A stretch of DNA of 64,000 nt, taken from the NCBI GenBank assembly GCA_017513085.1, contig JAFWDK010000001.1:1-64000 (forward strand), given 5' to 3'. The notes under the pieces were generated by a model. The model did no database searches. It was not told where the DNA came from and worked only from the letters and a program-made list of their open reading frames with translations. The stretch comes from Clostridiales bacterium (GTDB lineage Bacteria > Bacillota > Clostridia > Saccharofermentanales > Saccharofermentanaceae). Every line of letters starts with the position of its first letter. The stretch's first letter is position 1. Below are positions 1 through 8,525 of this stretch, one piece after another. The position numbers and the translations under genes are program-made.

Positions 1-4
1 AGAG

Positions 5-85
5 CAAGATTCTACCGCAGTACCAAAATTCGCTTATCGCTCATTTTGCCCCTGCGGGAATCTTGTTGGGGAGTGCCTTCCCCAA
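5..85. other. Putative oriT region: long imperfect inverted repeat (5-65) plus adjacent hairpin (66-85)
   Basis: CAAGATTC..CCGCAG..CAAAAT / ATTTTG..CTGCGG..GAATCTTG arms, then TTGGGGA-gtgcct-TCCCCAA, directly upstream of mobC-relaxase. Confidence 0.55.
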
Positions 86-222
86 ACCCTGCTTATGCGG
101 CTTACGCCGCTGGAAAATCCCTCAAAATAATTTTTCGGATTTTTCAAAAACAGTTCCGCTTTACACCCTGTTTTTCTCCTATTAGTGAGAGGACACCACG
201 CACAGCCGAAGGAGGTTTTACC

Positions 223-621
223 ATGCGAAAACGATATAACACGCCGCACCGCAGCCGGGTAGTCAAGACACGCATGACCGAGGAAGAATACGCCGAGTTT
301 GCGGAAAGGCTTTCTGCTTACAACATGAGCCAAGCCGAGTTTATCCGGCAAGCCATAACCGGGGCAGCCATACGCCCCATCATAACCGTTTCCCCCGTCA
401 ATGACGAGTTGCTTGCCGCTGTCGGGAAGCTGACCGCCGAATACGGCAGGATCGGCGGCAACTTAAACCAGATAGCCCGGACGCTGAACGAGTGGCACAG
501 CCCCTACCCGCAGCTTGCCGGGGAGGTACGGGCGGCGGTTTCCGACCTTGCTGCCCTAAAGTTTGAAGTCTTGCAGAAAGTGGGTGACGCTGTTGGCAAC
601 ATTCAAACATATCAGCTCTAA
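223..621 (+). CDS. mobC: Plasmid mobilization relaxosome protein MobC
   Basis: GGAGGT RBS at 211-216 before ATG 223; ribbon-helix-helix-like N-terminus (VKTRMTEEEY) and IGGNLNQIAR MobC motif. Confidence 0.9.
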   Translation: MRKRYNTPHRSRVVKTRMTEEEYAEFAERLSAYNMSQAEFIRQAITGAAIRPIITVSPVNDELLAAVGKLTAEYGRIGGNLNQIARTLNEWHSPYPQLAGEVRAAVSDLAALKFEVLQKVGDAVGNIQTYQL

Positions 622-2215
622 AAATGCGGACTATGGCGCAGCGGAAGCCTATCTCACATTTGAGCATGACGAGTTTACCATGAAGCCCACCCTTGATGAA
701 AACGGGCGGCTGATACCGAGGGAGGATTACCGCATTTCTTCCCTCAACTGTGGGGGCGAGGATTTCGCTGTTGCCTGTATGCGGGCTAATCTCCGCTATG
801 AGAAAAACCAAAAACGGGAAGATGTGAAAAGCCACCACTATATCATCAGCTTTGACCCACGGGACGGGACAGACAACGGCTTGACCGTAGACCGGGCGCA
901 GGAGCTGGGCGAGCAGTTCTGTAAAGAGCATTTCCCCGGACACCAAGCCTTAGTCTGCACCCACCCGGACGGGCATAACCACAGCGGCAATATCCATGTG
1001 CATATCGTCATCAACTCCCTGCGGATTTATGAAGTCCCGCTTCTGCCCTACATGGACAGACCAGCCGACACACGGGAGGGCTGCAAGCACCGCTGCACCA
1101 ACGCCGCTATGGAATATTTCAAGAGTGAAGTCATGGAGATGTGCCACCGGGAGGGGCTTTACCAAATCGACCTCCTAAGCGGCAGCAAGGAACGGATAAC
1201 CGAACGGGAATACTGGGCGGCAAAGAAAGGACAGCTTGCCCTTGATAAAGAGAACGCTGTCAGAGAAGCCGCAGGACAGCCGACCAAGCCCACCAAGTTT
1301 GAAACGGACAAGGCGAAGCTGCGCCGGACGATACGGCAGGCACTTTCCCAAGCTGGCAGCTTTGACGAATTTTCTTCCCTTTTGCTGCGGGAGGGTGTGA
1401 CCGTCAAGGAGAGCCGGGGGCGGCTTTCCTACCTCACGCCGGACAGGACAAAGCCTATCACAGCCCGGAAGCTGGGGGACGATTTTGACAAGGCTGCTGT
1501 CCTTGTCCTGCTTACGCAGAACGCCCACAGAGCCGCCGAACAGAGCAAAGCCATACTCGAATACCCTGCCGCGGTTAAAAAGCTGTCACAAGGGGAAAAA
1601 ACCACAAAAACCACCCCGGCAGACAACACCTTGCAGCGCATGGTTGACCGGGAAGCCAAGCGAGCCGAGGGCAAGGGCGTGGGCTATGACCGCTGGGCGG
1701 CAAAGCACAACCTAAAGCAAATGGCAGCTACCGTTACCGCCTATCAGCAGTACGGCTTTTCTTCCCCGGAGGAACTGGACGAAGCCTGTTCTGCCGCCTA
1801 TACCGCCATGCGGGAAAGCCTTACAGAGCTGAAGCAGATGGAAAAGACGCTGAACGGGAAAAAGGAGCTGCAACGGCAGGTGCTTGCCTATTCCAAGACC
1901 CGCCCTGTCCGGGACGGGCTGAAACAGCAGAAAAACGCCAAAGCAAAAGCAGCCTACCGTCAGAAGTACGAAAGCGACTTTATCATAGCAGACGCAGCCG
2001 CCCGCTATTTCAGGGAAAACGGCATTTCCAAGCTGCCGAGCTATAAAGCCCTGCAAGCAGAGATTGAAACCCTTATCCAAGAGAAAAACAGCGGCTACAA
2101 CGATTACCGGGCAAAACGGGAGGAATACCGCCGCTTACAGACTGTCAAGGGCAATATCGACCAGATTTTACACCGGGAGCGCAAGCCTGTGAAAAGGCAG
2201 GAACAGGAACGATAA
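593..2215 (+). CDS. Relaxase/mobilization nuclease (MOBP-type)
   Basis: HYIISFDP and H-x-D...HxHIVINS HUH motifs; coiled-coil C-terminus; ORF is open from 563, start placed at TTG 593 (uncertain). Confidence 0.9.
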   Translation: MATFKHISSKNADYGAAEAYLTFEHDEFTMKPTLDENGRLIPREDYRISSLNCGGEDFAVACMRANLRYEKNQKREDVKSHHYIISFDPRDGTDNGLTVDRAQELGEQFCKEHFPGHQALVCTHPDGHNHSGNIHVHIVINSLRIYEVPLLPYMDRPADTREGCKHRCTNAAMEYFKSEVMEMCHREGLYQIDLLSGSKERITEREYWAAKKGQLALDKENAVREAAGQPTKPTKFETDKAKLRRTIRQALSQAGSFDEFSSLLLREGVTVKESRGRLSYLTPDRTKPITARKLGDDFDKAAVLVLLTQNAHRAAEQSKAILEYPAAVKKLSQGEKTTKTTPADNTLQRMVDREAKRAEGKGVGYDRWAAKHNLKQMAATVTAYQQYGFSSPEELDEACSAAYTAMRESLTELKQMEKTLNGKKELQRQVLAYSKTRPVRDGLKQQKNAKAKAAYRQKYESDFIIADAAARYFRENGISKLPSYKALQAEIETLIQEKNSGYNDYRAKREEYRRLQTVKGNIDQILHRERKPVKRQEQER

Positions 2216-2400
2216 AAACCGCCCCAAAATGTACCCGAACCTATACAGAACAAGGGGGCTGCCCCGTACCCTATCCGCAAATACCAAAGGATTTTTTAAC
2301 GGGCTTATAGGGCAGAAAAAACCCGAAAATGATACCGAGATGATACAGAATTACCGCCGATACCGCCACACCAGCGGAAACGGCAGAAAGGAGCGCACCC

Positions 2401-2613
2401 ATGCCAAGAATGAGCAAGAAACGGCGGCTGGAATGGTCTTTTTTCCTGCGGCAAGTGAAAGTCGGGAATTCCACCTGCGATCGTATCACATACAATGACC
2501 TCTGCCGGGGCTGTACCCATAGCTGCAAGCAGAGCTTCCGGGCGGTTATCATACTCTGCCCCCACTACTACTCCAAACGCCGGAAAAAGGAGGACAGGGA
2601 CAATGGCAGATAA
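2401..2613 (+). CDS. Small Cys-containing hypothetical protein of the element
   Basis: AAGGAG RBS; CxxCxxxC...C pattern; overlaps start of the next gene. Confidence 0.7.
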   Translation: MPRMSKKRRLEWSFFLRQVKVGNSTCDRITYNDLCRGCTHSCKQSFRAVIILCPHYYSKRRKKEDRDNGR

Positions 2614-3352
2614 CCGCAAGTATTACTACCTCAAGCTGAAAGAGAACTTTTTTGACAGCGACTCCATTGTGCTGCTGGAAGATATGAAAGACGGGATTTT
2701 ATACTCCAATATCCTCTTGAAGCTGTACTTAAAATCGCTGAAAAACGGCGGGAAATTGCAGCTTGACGAGCATATCCCCTACACAGCGCAGATGATAGCG
2801 ACACTGACCCGCCACCAGATAGGGACGGTTGAGAGGGCTTTAGAGATTTTCCGGCAGTTGGGGCTTGTGGAGCAGCTTGACAGCGGGGCTTTCTATATGA
2901 CCGACATTGAGCTGATGATAGGACAGTCCTCTACCGAAGCCGAGCGGAAACGGGCTGCAAGACTGGAAAACAAGGCACTTTTACCGCCCCGGACAAAAGG
3001 CGGACATTTGTCCGACATTCGTCCACCAGAGATAGAGATAGAGTTAGAGAAAGAGATAGAGATAGAAAAAGAGAGAGAGGGAGAAACGGGACACCCCGCC
3101 CCCGCCGCTTATGGCAGATACAACAATGTGATACTGACCGATACAGAGCTTTCCGGGCTAAAAACAGAGTTGCCCGACAAGTGGGAGTATTATATTGACC
3201 GGCTTTCCTGCCATATCGCTTCCACCGGGAAACAGTACCACAGCCATGCAGCCACCATTTACAAGTGGGCGCAGGAGGACGCTGCCAAAGGCAAGGCTGC
3301 CCCGAAACAGGGCATACCCGATTATTCATGCAAGGAGGGCGAGAGCTTATGA
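2603..3352 (+). CDS. Phage replisome organizer N-terminal domain replication initiator
   Basis: MADNRKYYYLKLKENFF N-terminus typical of this family; EIEIELEKE linker; followed by a DnaC-like gene. Confidence 0.85.
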   Translation: MADNRKYYYLKLKENFFDSDSIVLLEDMKDGILYSNILLKLYLKSLKNGGKLQLDEHIPYTAQMIATLTRHQIGTVERALEIFRQLGLVEQLDSGAFYMTDIELMIGQSSTEAERKRAARLENKALLPPRTKGGHLSDIRPPEIEIELEKEIEIEKEREGETGHPAPAAYGRYNNVILTDTELSGLKTELPDKWEYYIDRLSCHIASTGKQYHSHAATIYKWAQEDAAKGKAAPKQGIPDYSCKEGESL

Positions 3353-4203
3353 AAAACGGAATTGAAGCTATGATTACGGACATTACAGCCACTACCGCCG
3401 AAGCGGAGGACTACACAGGCGAGGACGGGCTTTTATACTGCGGTAAGTGCCATACGCCCAAAGAAGCCTATTTTGCAGAGGGAAAGACTTGTTTCGGGCG
3501 TGACCGCCACCCGGCAGAGTGCGACTGCCAGCGGGCAGCCCGTGAAAAGCAGCAAGCCGCCGAAAGCCGACAGAAGCACCTTGAAAAAGTGGAGGACTTG
3601 AAACGCCGGGGCTTTACCGACCCTGCTATGCGGAACTGGACATTTGAGCATGACAACGGCAGAAACCCGCAGACCGAAACCGCCCGCTTTTATGTGGAGA
3701 GCTGGGAAACCATGCAGGCTGAAAATATCGGCTACCTGTTTTGGGGCGGCGTGGGGACGGGAAAAAGCTACCTTGCCGCCTGTATCGCCAACGCCCTTAT
3801 GGAAAAAGAGGTTGCCGTCTGCATGACAAACTTTGCAACGATACTGGGTGACCTTGCCGCCAGCTTTGAGGGCAGGAACGAATATATTTCCCGCCTTTGC
3901 AGCTACCCTCTGCTGATACTTGATGATTTCGGTATGGAGCGAGGAACAGAATACGGGCTGGAACAGGTTTACAGCGTGATTGACAGCCGTTACCGAAGCG
4001 GCAAGCCGCTGATCGCCACGACCAACCTCACGCTGGAGGAATTGCAGCACCCGCAGGACACGCCCCACGCCCGTATCTATGACAGGCTGACTTCCATGTG
4101 CGCCCCCGTCCGCTTCACGGGCAGCAACTTCCGAAAGGAAACCGCACAGGAAAAGCTGGAACGCTTAAAGCAACTGATGAAGCAGCGAAAGGAGAGCCTA
4201 TGA
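3349..4203 (+). CDS. DnaC/IstB-like ATP-binding helicase loader
   Basis: Walker A GGVGTGKS, Walker B LLILDDFG, TTN motif, N-terminal CxxC...CxC. Confidence 0.9.
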   Translation: MKNGIEAMITDITATTAEAEDYTGEDGLLYCGKCHTPKEAYFAEGKTCFGRDRHPAECDCQRAAREKQQAAESRQKHLEKVEDLKRRGFTDPAMRNWTFEHDNGRNPQTETARFYVESWETMQAENIGYLFWGGVGTGKSYLAACIANALMEKEVAVCMTNFATILGDLAASFEGRNEYISRLCSYPLLILDDFGMERGTEYGLEQVYSVIDSRYRSGKPLIATTNLTLEELQHPQDTPHARIYDRLTSMCAPVRFTGSNFRKETAQEKLERLKQLMKQRKESL

Positions 4204-4388
4204 CAGAAACGAAACAGACAAGCACCACCAAAACAGACCGCCGCCCGGACTGTGTGACGGAAATCCGCATGGGCAACTCCGTCCTTACCGTTTCCGGCTT
4301 CTTCAAGCAGGGCGCAACCGACACCGCAGCCGACAAGATGATGAAAGTGCTGGAAGCGGAAGCTGCTACACAAAAAACGGCGATTTGA
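4200..4388 (+). CDS. Transposon-encoded TnpW-like small protein
   Basis: GGAGAG RBS, ATGA overlap with upstream stop, 62 aa, located immediately before the recombinase. Confidence 0.7.
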   Translation: MTETKQTSTTKTDRRPDCVTEIRMGNSVLTVSGFFKQGATDTAADKMMKVLEAEAATQKTAI

Positions 4389-4430
4389 CCGACCATAAAG
4401 AAGCAGATTTGACGCTTTTGCCGCTATACA

Positions 4431-4483
4431 GACAGCCGCCCCATGTGGTACAATCAAGGTACGGAATAGTGGGGCTGGCTGTC
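4431..4483 (+). promoter_or_regulatory. Recombinase promoter (extended -10 TGgTACAAT at 4446-4454) enclosed by an inverted repeat
   Basis: GACAGCCGCCCCA (4431-4443) / TGGGGCTGGCTGTC (4470-4483); GGAGG RBS at 4490-4494. Confidence 0.55.
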
Positions 4484-4499
4484 GGAAACGGAGGATTTT

Positions 4500-6110
4500 A
4501 TGTTAAGACAGACCAACCAACAACCAATTACCGCCCTTTACCCAAGACTATCCCATGAGGACGAGCTGCAAGGCGAAAGCAATTCCATTTCCAATCAGAA
4601 GCGTATCCTTGAAACCTATGCAAAGCAGAACGGCTTTTCCAATCTGCGCTGGTACACGGACGACGGTTATTCTGGTGCGAACTTTCAAAGACCCGGTTTT
4701 CAAGCCATGCTTGCGGACATTGAAGCCGGAAAAGTCGGGACAGTTATCGTAAAGGATATGTCGAGGTTAGGGCGAAACTACCTGCAAGTGGGAATGTACA
4801 CGGAAATGATTTTCCCACAGAAAGGTGTCCGCTTCATCGCTATCAATGACGGAGTGGACAGCGCACAGGGCGACAATGACTTTGCCCCGCTGCGGAATAT
4901 CTTTAACGAATGGCTGGTGAGAGATACGAGCAAGAAAATCAAAGCAGTAAAACGCTCAAAAGGCATGAATGGCAAGCCCATCACAAGCAAGCCTGTGTAT
5001 GGCTACCTCATGGACGAGGATGAAAATTTCATTATTGACGAGGAAGCTGCACCCGTAGTCAAGCAGATATACAACCTCTGTCTTGCCGGGAATGGTCCGA
5101 CCAAGATAGCCCGTATGCTCACAGAGCAGCAAATCCCCACGCCGGGAACGCTTGAATACCGCAGGACGGGCAGCACCCGCCGCTACCACCCCGGCTATGA
5201 GTGCAAGTGGGCGACCAATACCGTAGTGCATATCCTTGAAAACCGGGAATACACAGGCTGTCTGGTAAATTTCAAGACAGAAAAACTTTCTTACAAAGTC
5301 AAGCACAGTGTAGAAAATCCCCCGGAAAAGCAAGTGATTTTCGAGAACCACCACGAGCCTATCATAGACACCCAAACATGGGAACGGGTGCAGGAGCTTC
5401 GCAAACAGCGCAAACGCCCAAACCGCTATGATGAAGTGGGTTTGTTCTCCGGCATACTGTTCTGTGCGGACTGCGGCAGCGTGATGTATCAGCAGCGATA
5501 CCAGACGGACAAGCGCAAGCAGGACTGTTATATCTGCGGCAACTACAAGAAACGCACCCATGACTGTACGGCGCACTTTATCCGCACCGACCTCTTGACC
5601 GCTGGTGTACTCTCCAATCTGCGGAAAGTGACCAGCTATGCGGCAAAGCATGAAGCCCGGTTTATGAAACTCTTGATTGAGCAGAACGAGGACGGGGGCA
5701 AACGCAGGAACGCCGCCAAGAAAAAGGAACTGGAAGCCTCCGAGAAACGCATAGCCGAGTTATCCGCTATCTTCAAGCGGCTGTATGAGGACAGCGTGAC
5801 CGGGCGCATATCAGACGAGCGTTTCACAGAGCTGTCGGCAGACTATGAAGCAGAGCAACGGGAGCTGAAAGAAAGAGCCGCTGCTATTCAAGCGGAGCTT
5901 TCCAAAGCACAGGAAGCCACCGTGAACGCAGAAAAGTTTATGAATGTTGTCCGGCGGCATACCAGCTTTGAAGAACTTACCCCTACTCTGCTGCGGGAGT
6001 TTGTAGAGAAAATCGTTGTGCATGAGTGCAGCTATGACGAGAACAAGACCCGCAGACAGGACATTGAGATTTATTATTCTTTTGTTGGCAAGGTGGACTT
6101 GCCCGAATAA
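4500..6110 (+). CDS. Large serine recombinase (TnpX-like, resolvase + recombinase + Zn ribbon + DUF4368-like tail)
   Basis: YPRLS catalytic Ser, DDGYSG, KDMSRLGR, CADCG...YICG zinc ribbon, IEIYYSFVG end. Confidence 0.95.
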   Translation: MLRQTNQQPITALYPRLSHEDELQGESNSISNQKRILETYAKQNGFSNLRWYTDDGYSGANFQRPGFQAMLADIEAGKVGTVIVKDMSRLGRNYLQVGMYTEMIFPQKGVRFIAINDGVDSAQGDNDFAPLRNIFNEWLVRDTSKKIKAVKRSKGMNGKPITSKPVYGYLMDEDENFIIDEEAAPVVKQIYNLCLAGNGPTKIARMLTEQQIPTPGTLEYRRTGSTRRYHPGYECKWATNTVVHILENREYTGCLVNFKTEKLSYKVKHSVENPPEKQVIFENHHEPIIDTQTWERVQELRKQRKRPNRYDEVGLFSGILFCADCGSVMYQQRYQTDKRKQDCYICGNYKKRTHDCTAHFIRTDLLTAGVLSNLRKVTSYAAKHEARFMKLLIEQNEDGGKRRNAAKKKELEASEKRIAELSAIFKRLYEDSVTGRISDERFTELSADYEAEQRELKERAAAIQAELSKAQEATVNAEKFMNVVRRHTSFEELTPTLLREFVEKIVVHECSYDENKTRRQDIEIYYSFVGKVDLPE

Positions 6111-6118
6111 CCGCCCGA

Positions 6119-6151
6119 CCTATCCGACACAATGCGCAAGTGCCGGATAGG
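6119..6151 (+). other. Hairpin near the element right end
   Basis: CCTATCCGaCAC-aatgcgcaa-GTGcCGGATAGG. Confidence 0.6.
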
Positions 6152-6198
6152 AACGGCAAAATTTTTTACACTTCTATTACTTCTTTATCGCACATCAG

Positions 6199-6598
6199 TA
6201 AATGCTTAACGCTTGTAGTCGCAATTCTTTCGGTGCTGACCGCGAACCGTTATGCGGACAGATGGTGGAGTGATGTTGCGGTGTTTACCCCGGTTTCGTG
6301 TTTGATCATCTTTTTGTTCGCTCGTTCGAGAGGCAGACTGTCAAGATTCAGATCCGCTTGTATCGATTTTGTTGCTGATATCAGCAGAGAGGGCTTCCTT
6401 GTCCATTCGGTAGTCTTTATTTATGCTGAGTCGATTATTTTCAGAGTGATCAATATAGTTGGCCTTGCTGTCGATCCTTATCTATTCACTGATTTGGTCA
6501 GGCTGATCATCGGCTTTCCGATCACTGTATTTCTATGCCTGTCCTGGCGAAAACTGCATGGCGCTTTGGTTGCCGTGAATAAAAAGAATCATTCATAA
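6199..6598 (+). pseudogene. 3' remnant of a polytopic acyltransferase (acyltransferase-3/OafA-like) interrupted by the element
   Basis: Hydrophobic helices and VADISREGFLVH, resembling the G-x-I-S-(F/Y)-x-x-(F/Y)-L-x-H motif of AT3 C-termini; no start or RBS of its own; start coordinate approximate. Confidence 0.6.
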
Positions 6599-6665
6599 TC
6601 TGTCGGGCGATTTGCCAAGTTTTCTACATTAACAGAAAGCTTTGGCTATATGCTAGAATTATAAT

Positions 6666-8525
6666 ATGCAAAAACATCTTGAGAACATTTCTCTTGTTTT
6701 TAGCACCGTGCTCAGCAGCATGGCTTTTTGTTATTTAAACAGCATCAGGCCGGACAATATCATCGTTTTCGGTACATGTTTCTTAGCTTTGCTGCTGTTC
6801 AAAACGCGTTATAAGGAGAAGTGCTCTGCTTCGATTGCGGTCCTGTCGATCATATTGTCGCTGCTGCTTCTGCTGGGCAAATATCTGGTCTATCTTGACG
6901 AATCCACGGGTTTCGCTCTTTGGCTGAAAATAGTGATTACGCCGTTGGGTGCTTTTTTGTTTTTTTGCGATTTCTTTTCCGTTCTTTTTGCAAAAGCGGA
7001 GAATATTCGGGTAAGCGAAAAGCGGACTATCGGGTTTGTTCCTGTCTTTGTTATTTCGTTTGTTGTCATTCTGGCCGCGTGGATCCCTGCGTGGCTGGCT
7101 GAATATCCCGGTATTTTCTCTCCCGATACGATCGCGCAGCTTAACCAGGTAGAAGGGCTGAGAGCTTTTGATAATTTTAATCCACTGCTGCATACACTGA
7201 TGGTCGCTGCCTGCAGGGCTTTAGCTTCCGTTTTTACAAAGGATGTAAACGTCATTTATTTCGTTGTAGGCCTGATTCAGATGGTGATTTTGGCTTTGAT
7301 CTATGCTTATTCAAATGCCTATATATATAGAAGAACCGGCAAGATTTCTCTGCTGATCCTGTCGCTCATTTTCTACATGCTCATTTCCTATAATGTCTTT
7401 TACAGCATCTCTGTCTCCAAGGATAGTATGTATGCCGCGTTTGCGCTGCTGCTGGTGATAGCTGTTGACAGATATGGTAACGAACCAACTTTGAAGAATG
7501 CCGTCATCCTGATCGTTTGCGGAATTATTTACGGACTCCTGAGAAAAAACGGCTTCTACTCGCTTTTGTTCGCTTTTGTGGTGCTGGTCTTTCTGTGGCT
7601 GAAACGCGATTTCAGAAAGACTGTAACCGTTTTTGCGACGATGCTTATCTTGATCACAGTTATCGAACGGCCTGTCTACAGTGCTGCTTTGAGTGTCCTG
7701 AATAAAAATGTAATAACAGCACAAAGCAATGCAACGCTGATGCTGGAAGACGAATCTATGGCGACTGATGCGTACAGCATCAGTTTCCGGCGTGGTGAAA
7801 ACACCAAGACAAACGAAGTCCACTTTCGTGGAAATTTCCTGTACGTAATGTTTTTCCAGCAAGTTGCAAATGTCGTCTGTCATGACCGGAAACTTACAGC
7901 TGAAGAAGAACATATGATCGAAGAGATGATCCCGATAAGCGTCATCAAGAAGACATATAATCCAATGCTGGTTGATGAACTGTTCAATATGGCAGCTGCA
8001 TATGCTACAGAAGAAGCCGAAAGATTTGGGTTCTTTGGATATTTCCGCCTCTGGGCCGGCCTGCTGTTCCGATATCCTCTGGATTATCTGGAAGCCTATG
8101 TAAATATGACAAAGTATTACTTTTATCCCAATCGCTTTGTCAACACTTACTATATCGGCGTGCATACGAACGAATTCGGATTGAGTTCGGCAAACCTGCT
8201 CTCTCCGGAATACAAAAGCGGGGTCGAAAGATTCTATTCCAGGAATCAGAATTCATTACCGCTTGTTTCCTCACTTTATTGTGCGGGAACATTCACCTTT
8301 ATTCTGCTGGCGACGATATTCTTTACGATGCGAAAGAAGAACTACACTTCTCTTTTATCGCTTCTCCCACTTCTGGGTAACTTTTTGATTCTGATGGCGT
8401 GCGTACCAATTAACGATGAATTCAGGTACATGTATCCGATAGTTGTTTGTCTGCCATATTATGTGATGCAGTTTTTGGTTAAGGATAATGCACAGACAGA
8501 AGCGCAGGGAGGACTGAGAAATTGA
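6666..8525 (+). CDS. Polytopic membrane protein, DUF6020-like (probable GT-C glycosyltransferase)
   Basis: YPGIFSPDT, NPLLHT, KD, RKNG and FRYMYP motifs; more than 10 TM helices. Confidence 0.75.
   Translation: MQKHLENISLVFSTVLSSMAFCYLNSIRPDNIIVFGTCFLALLLFKTRYKEKCSASIAVLSIILSLLLLLGKYLVYLDESTGFALWLKIVITPLGAFLFFCDFFSVLFAKAENIRVSEKRTIGFVPVFVISFVVILAAWIPAWLAEYPGIFSPDTIAQLNQVEGLRAFDNFNPLLHTLMVAACRALASVFTKDVNVIYFVVGLIQMVILALIYAYSNAYIYRRTGKISLLILSLIFYMLISYNVFYSISVSKDSMYAAFALLLVIAVDRYGNEPTLKNAVILIVCGIIYGLLRKNGFYSLLFAFVVLVFLWLKRDFRKTVTVFATMLILITVIERPVYSAALSVLNKNVITAQSNATLMLEDESMATDAYSISFRRGENTKTNEVHFRGNFLYVMFFQQVANVVCHDRKLTAEEEHMIEEMIPISVIKKTYNPMLVDELFNMAAAYATEEAERFGFFGYFRLWAGLLFRYPLDYLEAYVNMTKYYFYPNRFVNTYYIGVHTNEFGLSSANLLSPEYKSGVERFYSRNQNSLPLVSSLYCAGTFTFILLATIFFTMRKKNYTSLLSLLPLLGNFLILMACVPINDEFRYMYPIVVCLPYYVMQFLVKDNAQTEAQGGLRN

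Larger units (their letters stand above)
1..6198 (+). mobile_element. Integrative mobilizable element (serine-recombinase type), right part; left end lies outside the window
   Basis: Gene order mobC-relaxase-small ORF-replisome organizer-DnaC-like ATPase-TnpW-like-large serine recombinase; visibly more GC-rich than the DNA after it; right boundary estimated at ~6195-6200 where a host membrane-protein frame takes over. Confidence 0.9.

Noticed and set aside
2229-2498. 89-aa ORF and short repeats (TGATAC, TACCGCC) after the relaxase
   Set aside because: No RBS or motif, overlaps the better-supported 2401-2613 gene; repeats too short to interpret
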